A stretch of 50,809 bases of DNA, taken from sequence record NC_136442.1; one strand, written 5' to 3'. The position numbers were made by a program, and so were the translations under genes. Positions within the stretch are counted from its first letter, which is position 1. Every line of letters starts with the position of its first letter. The stretch is from a phage. This document shows, piece after piece, positions 35,178-42,974 of the stretch. The notes below the pieces were generated by a model, which worked only from the letters and a program-made list of their open reading frames with translations, searched no databases and was not told the origin of the DNA.

Positions 35178-35209
35178 AGCCTCATCGAAACGAGATTGAG
35201 GAAACAAAA

Positions 35210-35395
35210 ATGGCACGTCGCATCACCAAAGACCTTAAAGTTCTTAACAAAGAAAACGTAGTTAAAATCCTGGTTATCTGGGGCTACAACGAAGAAACAG
35301 CAAAGCAGAAGGTAGAGGCAGGTTATGACCTGGCTGTAAAAGCAATGCCAAACGACGACGCCAAAGGCATTGCAAACTATGTAGCTTTCTTTTAA
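35210..35395 (+). CDS. hypothetical protein (61 aa)
   Basis: ORF after cassette with RBS. Confidence 0.55.
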   Translation: MARRITKDLKVLNKENVVKILVIWGYNEETAKQKVEAGYDLAVKAMPNDDAKGIANYVAFF

Positions 35396-35410
35396 TTAGC
35401 AGGTGAATAA

Positions 35411-35596
35411 ATGAAAACGAAATTAGTCCATAAATCAGAAATCAAGATCGGCGATACTGTGATTCACAACGGAGAGCTTAGAACGGTTGGCAAAGAGTCA
35501 ATAAGCCACGATGAATTTATGGGGATTTTGTTGTTCGGTGACTCTTATCGTCTTGGTTACAAGATGGTTGAGCTTGTGGAAGAGGTAAAATTCTAA
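35411..35596 (+). CDS. hypothetical protein (61 aa)
   Basis: GGTGA RBS; stop adjacent to next motif. Confidence 0.5.
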   Translation: MKTKLVHKSEIKIGDTVIHNGELRTVGKESISHDEFMGILLFGDSYRLGYKMVELVEEVKF

Positions 35597-35640
35597 ATAG
35601 CACTTTTTGTTAAAACTCAAAAACGACAACCAGGCATAAT
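35597..35640 (+). promoter_or_regulatory. motif-type promoter cassette (consensus motif, 18 nt, CATAAT)
   Basis: Read directly; leader contains hairpin GGGGCGGCACGGCGTCGCCC. Confidence 0.6.
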
Positions 35641-35695
35641 AAATCACATGGGGCGGCACGGCGTCGCCCAGTAAAACCAATCAGGAGAAAGCATC

Positions 35696-36586
35696 ATGTT
35701 AAAACTTACTGACATTAAATTCCCGATCACCTTCGAATCTCGCGGCGTTGGTCATTTCATGTTTACCGACGAGAAGACATGCACTAAGTTTAACGAATAC
35801 GGAAGTCCAAACGCTTCAACAATGGAGATTGAACACTTCATTGAAGCGCACAATAAACACTACAACTCACTCAGAGACTACGGTTACGCAATGCCAGGCT
35901 ACACCTGTTTCCACTACAAGCCATATAAAGGCCAGGTGTTGCCAGTGCGCTCACCGGAACGCGCAGAGATTCCGATGGTCGAGATGAAAACCTGCGACTA
36001 TAAAAAATTGTGGTGCTTAAGTGTGGACAATATCAAGTATCCGATCACGTTCCGCTCCGCTGGTAATTCAACGATTCGCTACACATCGCGCGACAATGGC
36101 GTTTATAGCAGTGGTCAGAAATCAGAGCTTAAGGTGGATTTCTTTGTTAATGGTCATAATAAATACAATCCGCACAATGAAAAAGATAAGATTTACTATG
36201 TGGAAGACATTACAAAACACTTGTTTGGAGAAACTCCATTCGGCGGCGGAAAGACGTCAATTCAAAAAATAATTGGCGAGGAGATCCACAAAGCGGCTGC
36301 CGAAATGAAAGCGCCTGGAGGCTGGCGTATTGATAAGAGCGCCTTTGCAAATCAAGAAATCGTAACGCAGGGCGCGATTGAAGATATGCCAGTTGCAGCC
36401 ACGCTAAAAGGAGTCCGGCTTGATGATGGTGTGTGGTTTGAATTAACGGCTACACCAAAGACGATCGAGATTCATGATGATGTTGTTATCCTCCTGCTTC
36501 ACTACGGCGGCACTAAAAATCGGACTGTTGCAGGTGAGATCAGCATCAAGCGCGGAACGACGGTTAAGTGGAAGGTAAAGATTTGA
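35696..36586 (+). CDS. hypothetical protein (296 aa) with internal tandem duplication
   Basis: Segments DIKFPITFESRGVGH and NIKYPITFRSAGNST repeated within the protein; AGGAGA RBS. Confidence 0.65.
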   Translation: MLKLTDIKFPITFESRGVGHFMFTDEKTCTKFNEYGSPNASTMEIEHFIEAHNKHYNSLRDYGYAMPGYTCFHYKPYKGQVLPVRSPERAEIPMVEMKTCDYKKLWCLSVDNIKYPITFRSAGNSTIRYTSRDNGVYSSGQKSELKVDFFVNGHNKYNPHNEKDKIYYVEDITKHLFGETPFGGGKTSIQKIIGEEIHKAAAEMKAPGGWRIDKSAFANQEIVTQGAIEDMPVAATLKGVRLDDGVWFELTATPKTIEIHDDVVILLLHYGGTKNRTVAGEISIKRGTTVKWKVKI

Positions 36587-36662
36587 GTTTGTTCACTGCG
36601 GCGCACGTCGCCGCATGGATCGGATTGTTTGCCTACCTGTTTAGATTTTATTGAGGTGAGAG

Positions 36663-36815
36663 ATGGCTACCTGGATTTTGCTGATTCTTATGATTGATGG
36701 CGGCGTTGACCATATCGAAATGAATAGCCAGCAATCTTGCATTGAGGCACGAGAGCAGATCAAGAACAACAACAGGTTTTATGCGTACACTCACACGCTA
36801 TGTATTAAGAAATAG
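36663..36815 (+). CDS. hypothetical small hydrophobic protein (50 aa)
   Basis: GAGGTGAGAG RBS; stop TAG lies inside next motif; below ORF-track cutoff. Confidence 0.45.
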   Translation: MATWILLILMIDGGVDHIEMNSQQSCIEAREQIKNNNRFYAYTHTLCIKK

Positions 36816-36854
36816 CACTTTTTGTTAAAACTCAAATGTGGGGCCAGGTATAAT
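36812..36854 (+). promoter_or_regulatory. motif-type promoter cassette (consensus motif, TATAAT inside hairpin GGCCAGG...GGCC)
   Basis: Read directly. Confidence 0.6.
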
Positions 36855-36884
36855 GGCCTCACTTTCAACGAAGGAGATAAAACG

Positions 36885-37115
36885 ATGTACATTAAAAAGA
36901 AGATGAAATGCGTTTCCGTTAACTATGCTTGCTCTGGCATGTTCAAGCCTGGCGAAATCTATACGGCGCAAAAACTGAAATCATCAACCGGATCTTTTTA
37001 CGTGAGCAATAGTAAGGGGCATCGCATGTTCCTGAACGGCGGCGAAGGCACTAAGGTTATGGCACACGCTATGGTAATGGCTGAATTTGAGGAAGTGAAA
37101 GATGAAAACAAATAA
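36885..37115 (+). CDS. hypothetical protein (76 aa)
   Basis: AAGGAGA RBS before ATG 36885. Confidence 0.55.
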   Translation: MYIKKKMKCVSVNYACSGMFKPGEIYTAQKLKSSTGSFYVSNSKGHRMFLNGGEGTKVMAHAMVMAEFEEVKDENK

Positions 37116-37323
37116 GCGCGTCAAGCACAGGTTTACTGATAACCACGGCGACGCGATTGATGTATACAAGTTCGGAGATCGCGTGTTTATTGATGGCACG
37201 TTTGAAGGTGGGCGTAGGCCGGATTTTAGGTCGATACTTACCGTTGACCAAGTGCGCAAGCTGGCAGATAAGTTAAATGATCTGGCAGATGAAATAGAAT
37301 ACAAGCAAATCCATTTTAATTGA
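37102..37323 (+). CDS. hypothetical protein (73 aa)
   Basis: Overlaps previous gene end; GAGGAAG upstream. Confidence 0.5.
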   Translation: MKTNKRVKHRFTDNHGDAIDVYKFGDRVFIDGTFEGGRRPDFRSILTVDQVRKLADKLNDLADEIEYKQIHFN

Positions 37324-37334
37324 TAGGTTTGATA

Positions 37335-38045
37335 ATGAAAAAATACACTTTCGAACTGTGGGGCAAGAAGTACGAATTTACGACAAGCAAGCCGATTGTT
37401 ATCGTTGACCTAGACGGCACACTATCGGACGGATCGCATCGTTTGCATTTGCTGCCAACTGAAAACTTGCACCTTACGGAATCGTGGCGCGAGTTTAACA
37501 GGGCCGCCGCCGGAGATTCACCTATTAAAAGCACTATCGCGGTTATTAACGGTTTATGGGTGTCGGGATTTGCCATCGTCATCTTGACCGGACGCAGCGA
37601 CGAGGTTCGCTATGAAACCTGCAAATGGTTGAATGAGAACGGCGTGAAGTTTGACGAAATCATCATGCGCCGCCATGAGGACAACCGAAAGGATACGGTT
37701 ATTAAAGAAGAAGCCTTGCGCGCTATTGGCCTGGACAACATTGTTTGCGCCTTTGACGATTCGCCGAACGTGGTTAAGCACTTCCGCAGCTTGGGGATCA
37801 CAACCTATCAGGTCACGGAATACGACAAGCCACACGCTCACATACAATCTCACGGCGTGGAATCAATCAAGATAACGAAGCGCGCCCGATTCGTTGGCAG
37901 CAAAGATAGCCTTGTCAATGCCAGCTTTACCAGAGGAATAGCCTATGACGTTGTTTCTTATCATGACAAGAGTTTTATAGTTCATGATGATTCTGGATGC
38001 GCCTGGTCATTCAATCATAGTGACGGCGATTTTGTTAATGCGTAA
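37335..38045 (+). CDS. HAD-superfamily phosphatase (nucleotidase or polynucleotide 3-phosphatase-like)
   Basis: Motif I VIVDLDGTLSDG (DxDGT) near the N-terminus; ATG at 37335 chosen over TTG at 37320. Confidence 0.55.
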   Translation: MKKYTFELWGKKYEFTTSKPIVIVDLDGTLSDGSHRLHLLPTENLHLTESWREFNRAAAGDSPIKSTIAVINGLWVSGFAIVILTGRSDEVRYETCKWLNENGVKFDEIIMRRHEDNRKDTVIKEEALRAIGLDNIVCAFDDSPNVVKHFRSLGITTYQVTEYDKPHAHIQSHGVESIKITKRARFVGSKDSLVNASFTRGIAYDVVSYHDKSFIVHDDSGCAWSFNHSDGDFVNA

Positions 38046-38088
38046 TAGCACTTTTTGTTAAAACATCTCAACGGGCTTGCGGTATAGT
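38045..38088 (+). promoter_or_regulatory. motif-type promoter cassette (consensus motif, 18 nt, TATAGT within hairpin GGGCTT...AAGCCC)
   Basis: Read directly; leader CATCAACAACAAACGAGGA. Confidence 0.6.
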
Positions 38089-38119
38089 AAGCCCATCAAC
38101 AACAAACGAGGATTAAATC

Positions 38120-38383
38120 ATGGCTAACAAGATCGAATTTTTCAAAGCGGTAGACATTATTGATGGCGCGCCTAGCTTCTTTGCGAACCATTCTATTGAC
38201 GGCAAGGATATTGGGTACAACGTTATCCGTCGAGATGGAATATCAAAACTTAGTGACCTGGTAGGCCATATTGTGTCAATCGGGAAATGCGCATGGCCCG
38301 ATTCGCCACGAGAGCCGCGCCGCCGCGACATGATTAATCCTGAATTGCTTTACACGCTGGTAGTAGAGGGAGAAAATAAATGA
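38120..38383 (+). CDS. hypothetical protein (87 aa)
   Basis: GAGGA RBS. Confidence 0.55.
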   Translation: MANKIEFFKAVDIIDGAPSFFANHSIDGKDIGYNVIRRDGISKLSDLVGHIVSIGKCAWPDSPREPRRRDMINPELLYTLVVEGENK

Positions 38384-38565
38384 TTTGGTTACTTGCTTTT
38401 TTGGTTGTTTTTCTTTACATTTCAGGCTTGTTTACGTTCCGCGCGTTGGTGAAATATTCTGACGCGACAGACAAAGACGATAAAATCGTTCTCGCTTTCT
38501 GGTTTGTTTGGGTGTGGTTAGCAATTTACGAGATCATCAGAGACAAACAGAAATTTGAGTGGTGA
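38380..38565 (+). CDS. small membrane protein (61 aa, two hydrophobic segments)
   Basis: ATGA coupling; LLAFLVVFLYISGLF and LAFWFVWVWLAIY segments. Confidence 0.5.
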   Translation: MIWLLAFLVVFLYISGLFTFRALVKYSDATDKDDKIVLAFWFVWVWLAIYEIIRDKQKFEW

Positions 38566-38622
38566 TTCTTGCTATGGCGCATTCATGCAGTGCGCCATGT
38601 TGAGAAAACCTAAAGGGGGGAA

Positions 38623-38853
38623 ATGATGCGTAACTTTGAAAAAATCATTACCAAAAAGAAGCGTCGCGGGTACGATGAGCATGTGGAGCTTGTGAAAAGC
38701 AACGCAAGAAGCGCAACGAAGACAAGAAGCGCGGGAAAAAATTTAATGCGATTTTTCGCTATGGAGGAAACTAAATGCAATTGCCACCATTTAACGAAAA
38801 AAGCGAAGAGATTGCCAAAACTGCATGTCACCTTCGAGAGCTTGCCGACATGA
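38623..38853 (+). CDS. hypothetical basic protein (76 aa)
   Basis: Strong RBS AAAGGGGGG; overlaps start of next ORF. Confidence 0.45.
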   Translation: MMRNFEKIITKKKRRGYDEHVELVKSNARSATKTRSAGKNLMRFFAMEETKCNCHHLTKKAKRLPKLHVTFESLPT

Positions 38854-38966
38854 TAGAGCGCGGTCAGGTTATGATTGTCAATATGGCTATCAAAAGCGAG
38901 AATAGAAATTTCAAGGTTTTAAGCGAGACAACAGAAATTACTGTGTTGAAAGCAAGGGGAGAATAA
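38775..38966 (+). CDS. hypothetical protein (63 aa)
   Basis: Strong RBS GGAGGA 7 nt upstream; overlaps 3' end of the previous ORF in another frame. Confidence 0.45.
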   Translation: MQLPPFNEKSEEIAKTACHLRELADMIERGQVMIVNMAIKSENRNFKVLSETTEITVLKARGE

Positions 38967-38968
38967 TC

Positions 38969-39559
38969 ATGAAGCGAGACATTATTATCCTTAATGGGCC
39001 ACCTGGTTGTGGAAAGGACACTATTGCAGCTTACCTAACGGGCCATCGTTACCCAGCGGTTAAGGCGTCATTCAAACAGCCGATGTTCGATATTGCGTTT
39101 TCCATGCTGGGCGTGTACCGATACGATGAATTTATGGACCTGTACAACGACCGAGAACAAAAAGAAAAGCCTCAAGTTATCTTAGGCGGCAAGTCACCTC
39201 GACAATTCATGATCTGGATTAGCGAGGATGTAATGAAGCCAGTTTTTGGGGATCACTATTTCGGGCGTCGAATGGTTGAAGAGATTCACGAGATGTACCG
39301 AGATTTGGCGGTTGTGATCAGTGATGGCGGATTCCCCGAAGAAATCAAGCCGCTGGTTAAGGCGGGGCATGAGGTGCATATTTGCCGATTGCATCGCGAC
39401 GGCTTCACGTTTGCTGGCGATTCGAGAGACTACATTGACCTGAGCGGTTATCACTATCGAATCCATCACTATGATTTCCACTTGCAGGACGGTAAGCCGG
39501 AACTGGCTGTAAACGAGATCGTCAATGCTGTCAAATGGAAGCACACACAGATTAAATAG
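38969..39559 (+). CDS. P-loop nucleotide kinase (dNMP kinase-like)
   Basis: Walker A NGPPGCGKDT near the N-terminus; GGGGAGAATAATC RBS. Confidence 0.6.
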   Translation: MKRDIIILNGPPGCGKDTIAAYLTGHRYPAVKASFKQPMFDIAFSMLGVYRYDEFMDLYNDREQKEKPQVILGGKSPRQFMIWISEDVMKPVFGDHYFGRRMVEEIHEMYRDLAVVISDGGFPEEIKPLVKAGHEVHICRLHRDGFTFAGDSRDYIDLSGYHYRIHHYDFHLQDGKPELAVNEIVNAVKWKHTQIK

Positions 39560-39599
39560 CACGAATTGCTAAACGCGGGGTTATCGGCCCCGCTATAAT
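39556..39599 (+). promoter_or_regulatory. motif-type promoter cassette (variant ATAGCACGAATTGCTAAAC, hairpin CGGGGTTATCGGCCCCG, TATAAT)
   Basis: Read directly. Confidence 0.55.
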
Positions 39600-39629
39600 G
39601 CTCACATCAACAAGCAAGAGGAAATCACA

Positions 39630-40010
39630 ATGGTTAACATTCGAAAAATCCGCGTCGGCACTAAATTCTTAGTTACTTACGCAATTCCAGATAGCGGAAT
39701 GAAGAAGGGCCAGATTGTTAAGGTTGATAGCAAAAGGTTCGGAATCCCTGGTATCAATGGATATCTAATCAATAGAGATCTTGGATTCGACGGCTTCGCT
39801 ATCCGTGCGCTTGAGGGCATTGTTGCAACTCTTAAACGAATCACTAATCATCGCGGCTGCCCAATCAAGACGATTAAAGCGCCAGTAAATTACGGCAAAC
39901 TGGATAATCGTCGAATCCGCCGCCTGGCGCGTAACGCGTTAAAATTCCGTGGCGTAGGCGATGATTTCTACTATGGATACAAGAGGATTGCGCGCAATGC
40001 TGGGAAATAA
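39630..40010 (+). CDS. hypothetical protein (126 aa)
   Basis: AGAGGAAA RBS. Confidence 0.6.
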   Translation: MVNIRKIRVGTKFLVTYAIPDSGMKKGQIVKVDSKRFGIPGINGYLINRDLGFDGFAIRALEGIVATLKRITNHRGCPIKTIKAPVNYGKLDNRRIRRLARNALKFRGVGDDFYYGYKRIARNAGK

Positions 40011-40109
40011 CAATAACGCAACGAATCCTAAGCCACCTTTTGATTTTCATTCCGCAATGATTGCGGTATTATCAATGCTACTTTTTCTTTATAGCATGAG
40101 GGCGCTACT

Positions 40110-40358
40110 ATGGTTTTTAACGCATTGAAACGACTGTTTAAGCCGGAATACCGGATCGTATTTTGCCGCGACTGTTCTACTTATCATGTGCAGCGACGCA
40201 GCTTAGGCGGCAATTGGCACTATGTTACAGACGACTTTTTCGGCATCATTGCCACTGAATTTAAGTATTACAGTGATGCTTATATGTACGTCAAGAATCG
40301 CCACCGCTTACGCAAGTGTCGTTTTTCCGTGCTGATTCACGTTAATGATTGTTACTGA
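40110..40358 (+). CDS. hypothetical protein (82 aa, Cys-containing)
   Basis: GAGGG RBS; preceded by a hairpin-plus-TATTAT element without the motif. Confidence 0.5.
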   Translation: MVFNALKRLFKPEYRIVFCRDCSTYHVQRRSLGGNWHYVTDDFFGIIATEFKYYSDAYMYVKNRHRLRKCRFSVLIHVNDCY

Positions 40359-40365
40359 GGTGAAA

Positions 40366-40557
40366 ATGAAAACTGGCATTATTATTCTTTTTCTGATCCT
40401 TTTCGGCAGCTATTTAACCATTAACTATGAGGGCATTATGGCCTTTTGGGGCAACTTGATGATGTTTACCGCTGGTTCGATTGCTGGCTACTCTGACGGG
40501 AAAAAGGATGGCGTTCGCAAGATGCTGATGGGGCTTAAACAAAATAAGGGGATCTGA
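40366..40557 (+). CDS. small membrane protein (63 aa)
   Basis: GAGGTGAAA RBS; two hydrophobic segments. Confidence 0.5.
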   Translation: MKTGIIILFLILFGSYLTINYEGIMAFWGNLMMFTAGSIAGYSDGKKDGVRKMLMGLKQNKGI

Positions 40558-40558
40558 A

Positions 40559-40849
40559 ATGGCAAACAAAACTTACCGCAAACTACTGGTTAACGCTTTT
40601 GAAAATATCGCGCAGTGTAACAAGTGGAACGACTCTAAACACTCGCCAATCACAATGAAGCGCGCCGGATTCAAAAATGCTCGTTCATGGGCGCGAGCTT
40701 TCGCAGCTTGCTATATGCCGGATGGTGGACTAGGAGCGATGAACGAGTTTTTGATCAACATGATAGAGGAAGCTGCGCGAGATGATCGACCGCTGACACA
40801 GCGAGATTTTGATGATTTCGCGCGCGATGAGCTTTACTATCTGAGCTAA
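40559..40849 (+). CDS. hypothetical protein (96 aa)
   Basis: ORF ends at TAA adjacent to next motif. Confidence 0.55.
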   Translation: MANKTYRKLLVNAFENIAQCNKWNDSKHSPITMKRAGFKNARSWARAFAACYMPDGGLGAMNEFLINMIEEAARDDRPLTQRDFDDFARDELYYLS

Positions 40850-40892
40850 TAGCACTTTTTGTTAAAACTTCCGCAAGGGCATTTGGTAAAGT
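40849..40892 (+). promoter_or_regulatory. motif-type promoter cassette (consensus motif, 18 nt, TAAAGT within hairpin AGGGCA...TGCCCT)
   Basis: Read directly. Confidence 0.6.
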
Positions 40893-40924
40893 GCCCTTAT
40901 TGAAGCGAAACAGAGGAAAGCGCA

Positions 40925-41137
40925 ATGAAAATCAAAATCACCAAAATCGACACTATCAACGGCGACGGATCAATCACTCTTGAGCAATGCGGTTTGGTTG
41001 TTGGTGATGTGCTGGAAGTTGACGGACATTTCAGCGACGGATCTTATTGTGTTATTGCGCCGCGTAACAGCGAGTTTATCAAGGCTGGCGACAATATTAG
41101 TGTTAACCATGACGAATGCGAGGTAGTAGAAGAATGA
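40925..41137 (+). CDS. hypothetical protein (70 aa)
   Basis: AGAGGAAAG RBS. Confidence 0.55.
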   Translation: MKIKITKIDTINGDGSITLEQCGLVVGDVLEVDGHFSDGSYCVIAPRNSEFIKAGDNISVNHDECEVVEE

Positions 41138-41397
41138 TCACGATTAACCTGTCAGAGCAGCAAGCGCGCATTATGTTGTCTGCCTTCGGTTGGCGAGACA
41201 ATGACGGTTTACAGGCCACAGTTAAAATTTATGAGCCAGTGGCGCGTGAAGTTTTCAGCCAGCTAGAACACGCATTTGATCCTGCTGGGACTGAGCAAGC
41301 GGAAACTGCCGCATGGTTCGGAGAGAACGGATACAGAGATCAGCAAGTCGAAAACTGGAAGCGCATAAACGAGACTATGGAGGAATCAGGTTTATGA
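41134..41397 (+). CDS. hypothetical protein (87 aa)
   Basis: ATGA coupling; GAGGTAG RBS. Confidence 0.5.
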   Translation: MITINLSEQQARIMLSAFGWRDNDGLQATVKIYEPVAREVFSQLEHAFDPAGTEQAETAAWFGENGYRDQQVENWKRINETMEESGL

Positions 41398-41708
41398 TTT
41401 ACATTCACTACTACCAAATCGGAACTAACGAGAACAAAAAAGAGCATCGTTTCATCCACGATGATTTGGACAAGGCAAAGGCACAGCAACAGGTTTTAGG
41501 CGGCGTCATTCAGGCTTTTGAGCCTGTAGAAGATATTGAGTACCGCGAGCATTTAAAAGATGTTGTTATTGATGAGATCTCTTGCTTGATTGATGATATG
41601 ACAAATCACGGCCCTGGTTCCCCGTGGGAAGACGCAGGATCTGTAACGTGGGACAAGGCCAAAATTAAGACGCTAAACAACTTTCGAGAGATTCTCGACG
41701 GTTTTTAA
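41394..41708 (+). CDS. hypothetical protein (104 aa)
   Basis: GGAGGA RBS; ATGA coupling. Confidence 0.55.
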   Translation: MIYIHYYQIGTNENKKEHRFIHDDLDKAKAQQQVLGGVIQAFEPVEDIEYREHLKDVVIDEISCLIDDMTNHGPGSPWEDAGSVTWDKAKIKTLNNFREILDGF

Positions 41709-41778
41709 TTAAAAACGCATAGCCGTTAGAGCACCTCAATCGCATTCTAACGAGCTATTTTTCTGGTAAGGTGATTTA

Positions 41779-41907
41779 ATGGATGAGTACAAACAACCTT
41801 CGCAGTGGTGCAAAGAGAAGCAAGAAGAGGCACTGGAGCGCGGAGATGTGGAAGAAGCTATGAACTATTTCAAACTTGCGGAAGAATGGAAGGGGAGAGG
41901 GTACTGA
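41779..41907 (+). CDS. hypothetical small protein (42 aa)
   Basis: AAGGTGA RBS; TGATG coupling to next ORF; below ORF-track cutoff. Confidence 0.35.
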   Translation: MDEYKQPSQWCKEKQEEALERGDVEEAMNYFKLAEEWKGRGY

Positions 41908-42137
41908 TGTTCGGCATGAATGAGGCGCAATTCAACGCAGCTAAACGCCAGGCTAAAAAGTGCGGCGAGGCGATGAAAGCGGATGTGGAAAAGCGCGGGA
42001 AGTATGTTGATGAAGTAATGAAGGGCATCATTGCAGAACACTACCAGCCAATCGCGCCAATGTTGACGATCACTCAATTCATTTGGCTGTGTGGTTACTT
42101 GCGCGGACGTTGGGGGAACGCTTTCGACAGGGAATGA
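41907..42137 (+). CDS. hypothetical protein (76 aa)
   Basis: In-frame ATG inside listed ORF 41805..42137, coupled to the upstream mini-ORF. Confidence 0.5.
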   Translation: MFGMNEAQFNAAKRQAKKCGEAMKADVEKRGKYVDEVMKGIIAEHYQPIAPMLTITQFIWLCGYLRGRWGNAFDRE

Positions 42138-42286
42138 TTGACAACTCTTTCCTGATTGGTTAGCATGGCGTCGTTTACATAAGAGCGGCTTAGTCCGAAC
42201 GCGTGACGCGATAGTCACACAACAACGGCGATATGCAGGAGGTTTTTGCAATGCAAAATAATCCGTAAGACGTATCGCCTTTTTTA
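42138..42286 (+). promoter_or_regulatory. candidate structured leader or small RNA: TTGACA-17-TAGCAT promoter, nested hairpins, 5-codon mini-ORF with AGGAGG RBS, hairpin plus T6
   Basis: Elements read directly in a 150-nt non-coding gap. Confidence 0.35.
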
Positions 42287-42299
42287 ATGGAGATTCAAA

Positions 42300-42533
42300 A
42301 TGATCAAATACAAATTAACCGTTTCTTTCCGTGATACCGTTATTCATCCTTTCTACAATAGCTTTGTTAACAGCTTTACAGTAGAAGTTACAGAGGATCA
42401 GCTAGACGGTGACGAAACTTGCATTTCTATTGGAAATGTTGCTTACCCGATTCACAACATTACCAGCATTAAGCGTGAGGTTGTCGCTGATGAATTACAA
42501 AGTGAAGATGACGATCCGGCGAATGGGGCGTAA
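42300..42533 (+). CDS. hypothetical protein (77 aa)
   Basis: GGAG RBS. Confidence 0.55.
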   Translation: MIKYKLTVSFRDTVIHPFYNSFVNSFTVEVTEDQLDGDETCISIGNVAYPIHNITSIKREVVADELQSEDDDPANGA

Positions 42534-42675
42534 TTGCCAATCATGCAAACAGGAATATGAATGCGTAGTTGATGCTCTTGATGAACTGGAAGCGGTAGCA
42601 AAAGCAAAAGAGCAATCGGGCGCTAATCCTGAAACACATCAATTTTCAATTAACCTTGTGAGGACTTTACAATGA
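42523..42675 (+). CDS. hypothetical protein (50 aa, Cys-containing); start uncertain
   Basis: In-frame ATG within listed ORF 42409..42675; ATGA coupling to next gene. Confidence 0.35.
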   Translation: MGRNCQSCKQEYECVVDALDELEAVAKAKEQSGANPETHQFSINLVRTLQ

Positions 42676-42896
42676 TCGCATTATCTTTCTGCATTGGTTT
42701 TATCATGGCTATCATTATCTTTTCCGTTGTCATGCGCTTTGCTTATAAGTTCGTGATCAATAAAGGCTGGTACGCTTCTGCAATCTGGAGCGAAAAACAA
42801 AAGAAATGGCTTGTTCGTGGTCAATACCTGACAATCGGTAGCAAGATCCTTAATTCCATTCGAGCCAAAGATGGGAAAGTAAAATATACAGCTTAA
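42672..42896 (+). CDS. small membrane protein (74 aa)
   Basis: N-terminal hydrophobic helix; followed by terminator. Confidence 0.5.
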   Translation: MIALSFCIGFIMAIIIFSVVMRFAYKFVINKGWYASAIWSEKQKKWLVRGQYLTIGSKILNSIRAKDGKVKYTA

Positions 42897-42902
42897 AAAT
42901 CA

Positions 42903-42927
42903 CCCGCCGCACGGCGGGTTTTTTATT
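42903..42927 (+). terminator. intrinsic terminator closing the rightward early block
   Basis: CCCGCCG-CA-CGGCGGG hairpin plus TTTTTTATT. Confidence 0.8.
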
Positions 42928-42937
42928 GCCCGTTGTT

Positions 42938-42946
42938 TGGTATAAT
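42938..42946 (+). promoter_or_regulatory. extended -10 promoter (TGG TATAAT) upstream of terminase small subunit
   Basis: TGnTATAAT read directly, about 28 nt upstream of the RBS/ATG. Confidence 0.5.
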
Positions 42947-42974
42947 CAGGCATCTAACCAAAGGAGGATTAACA

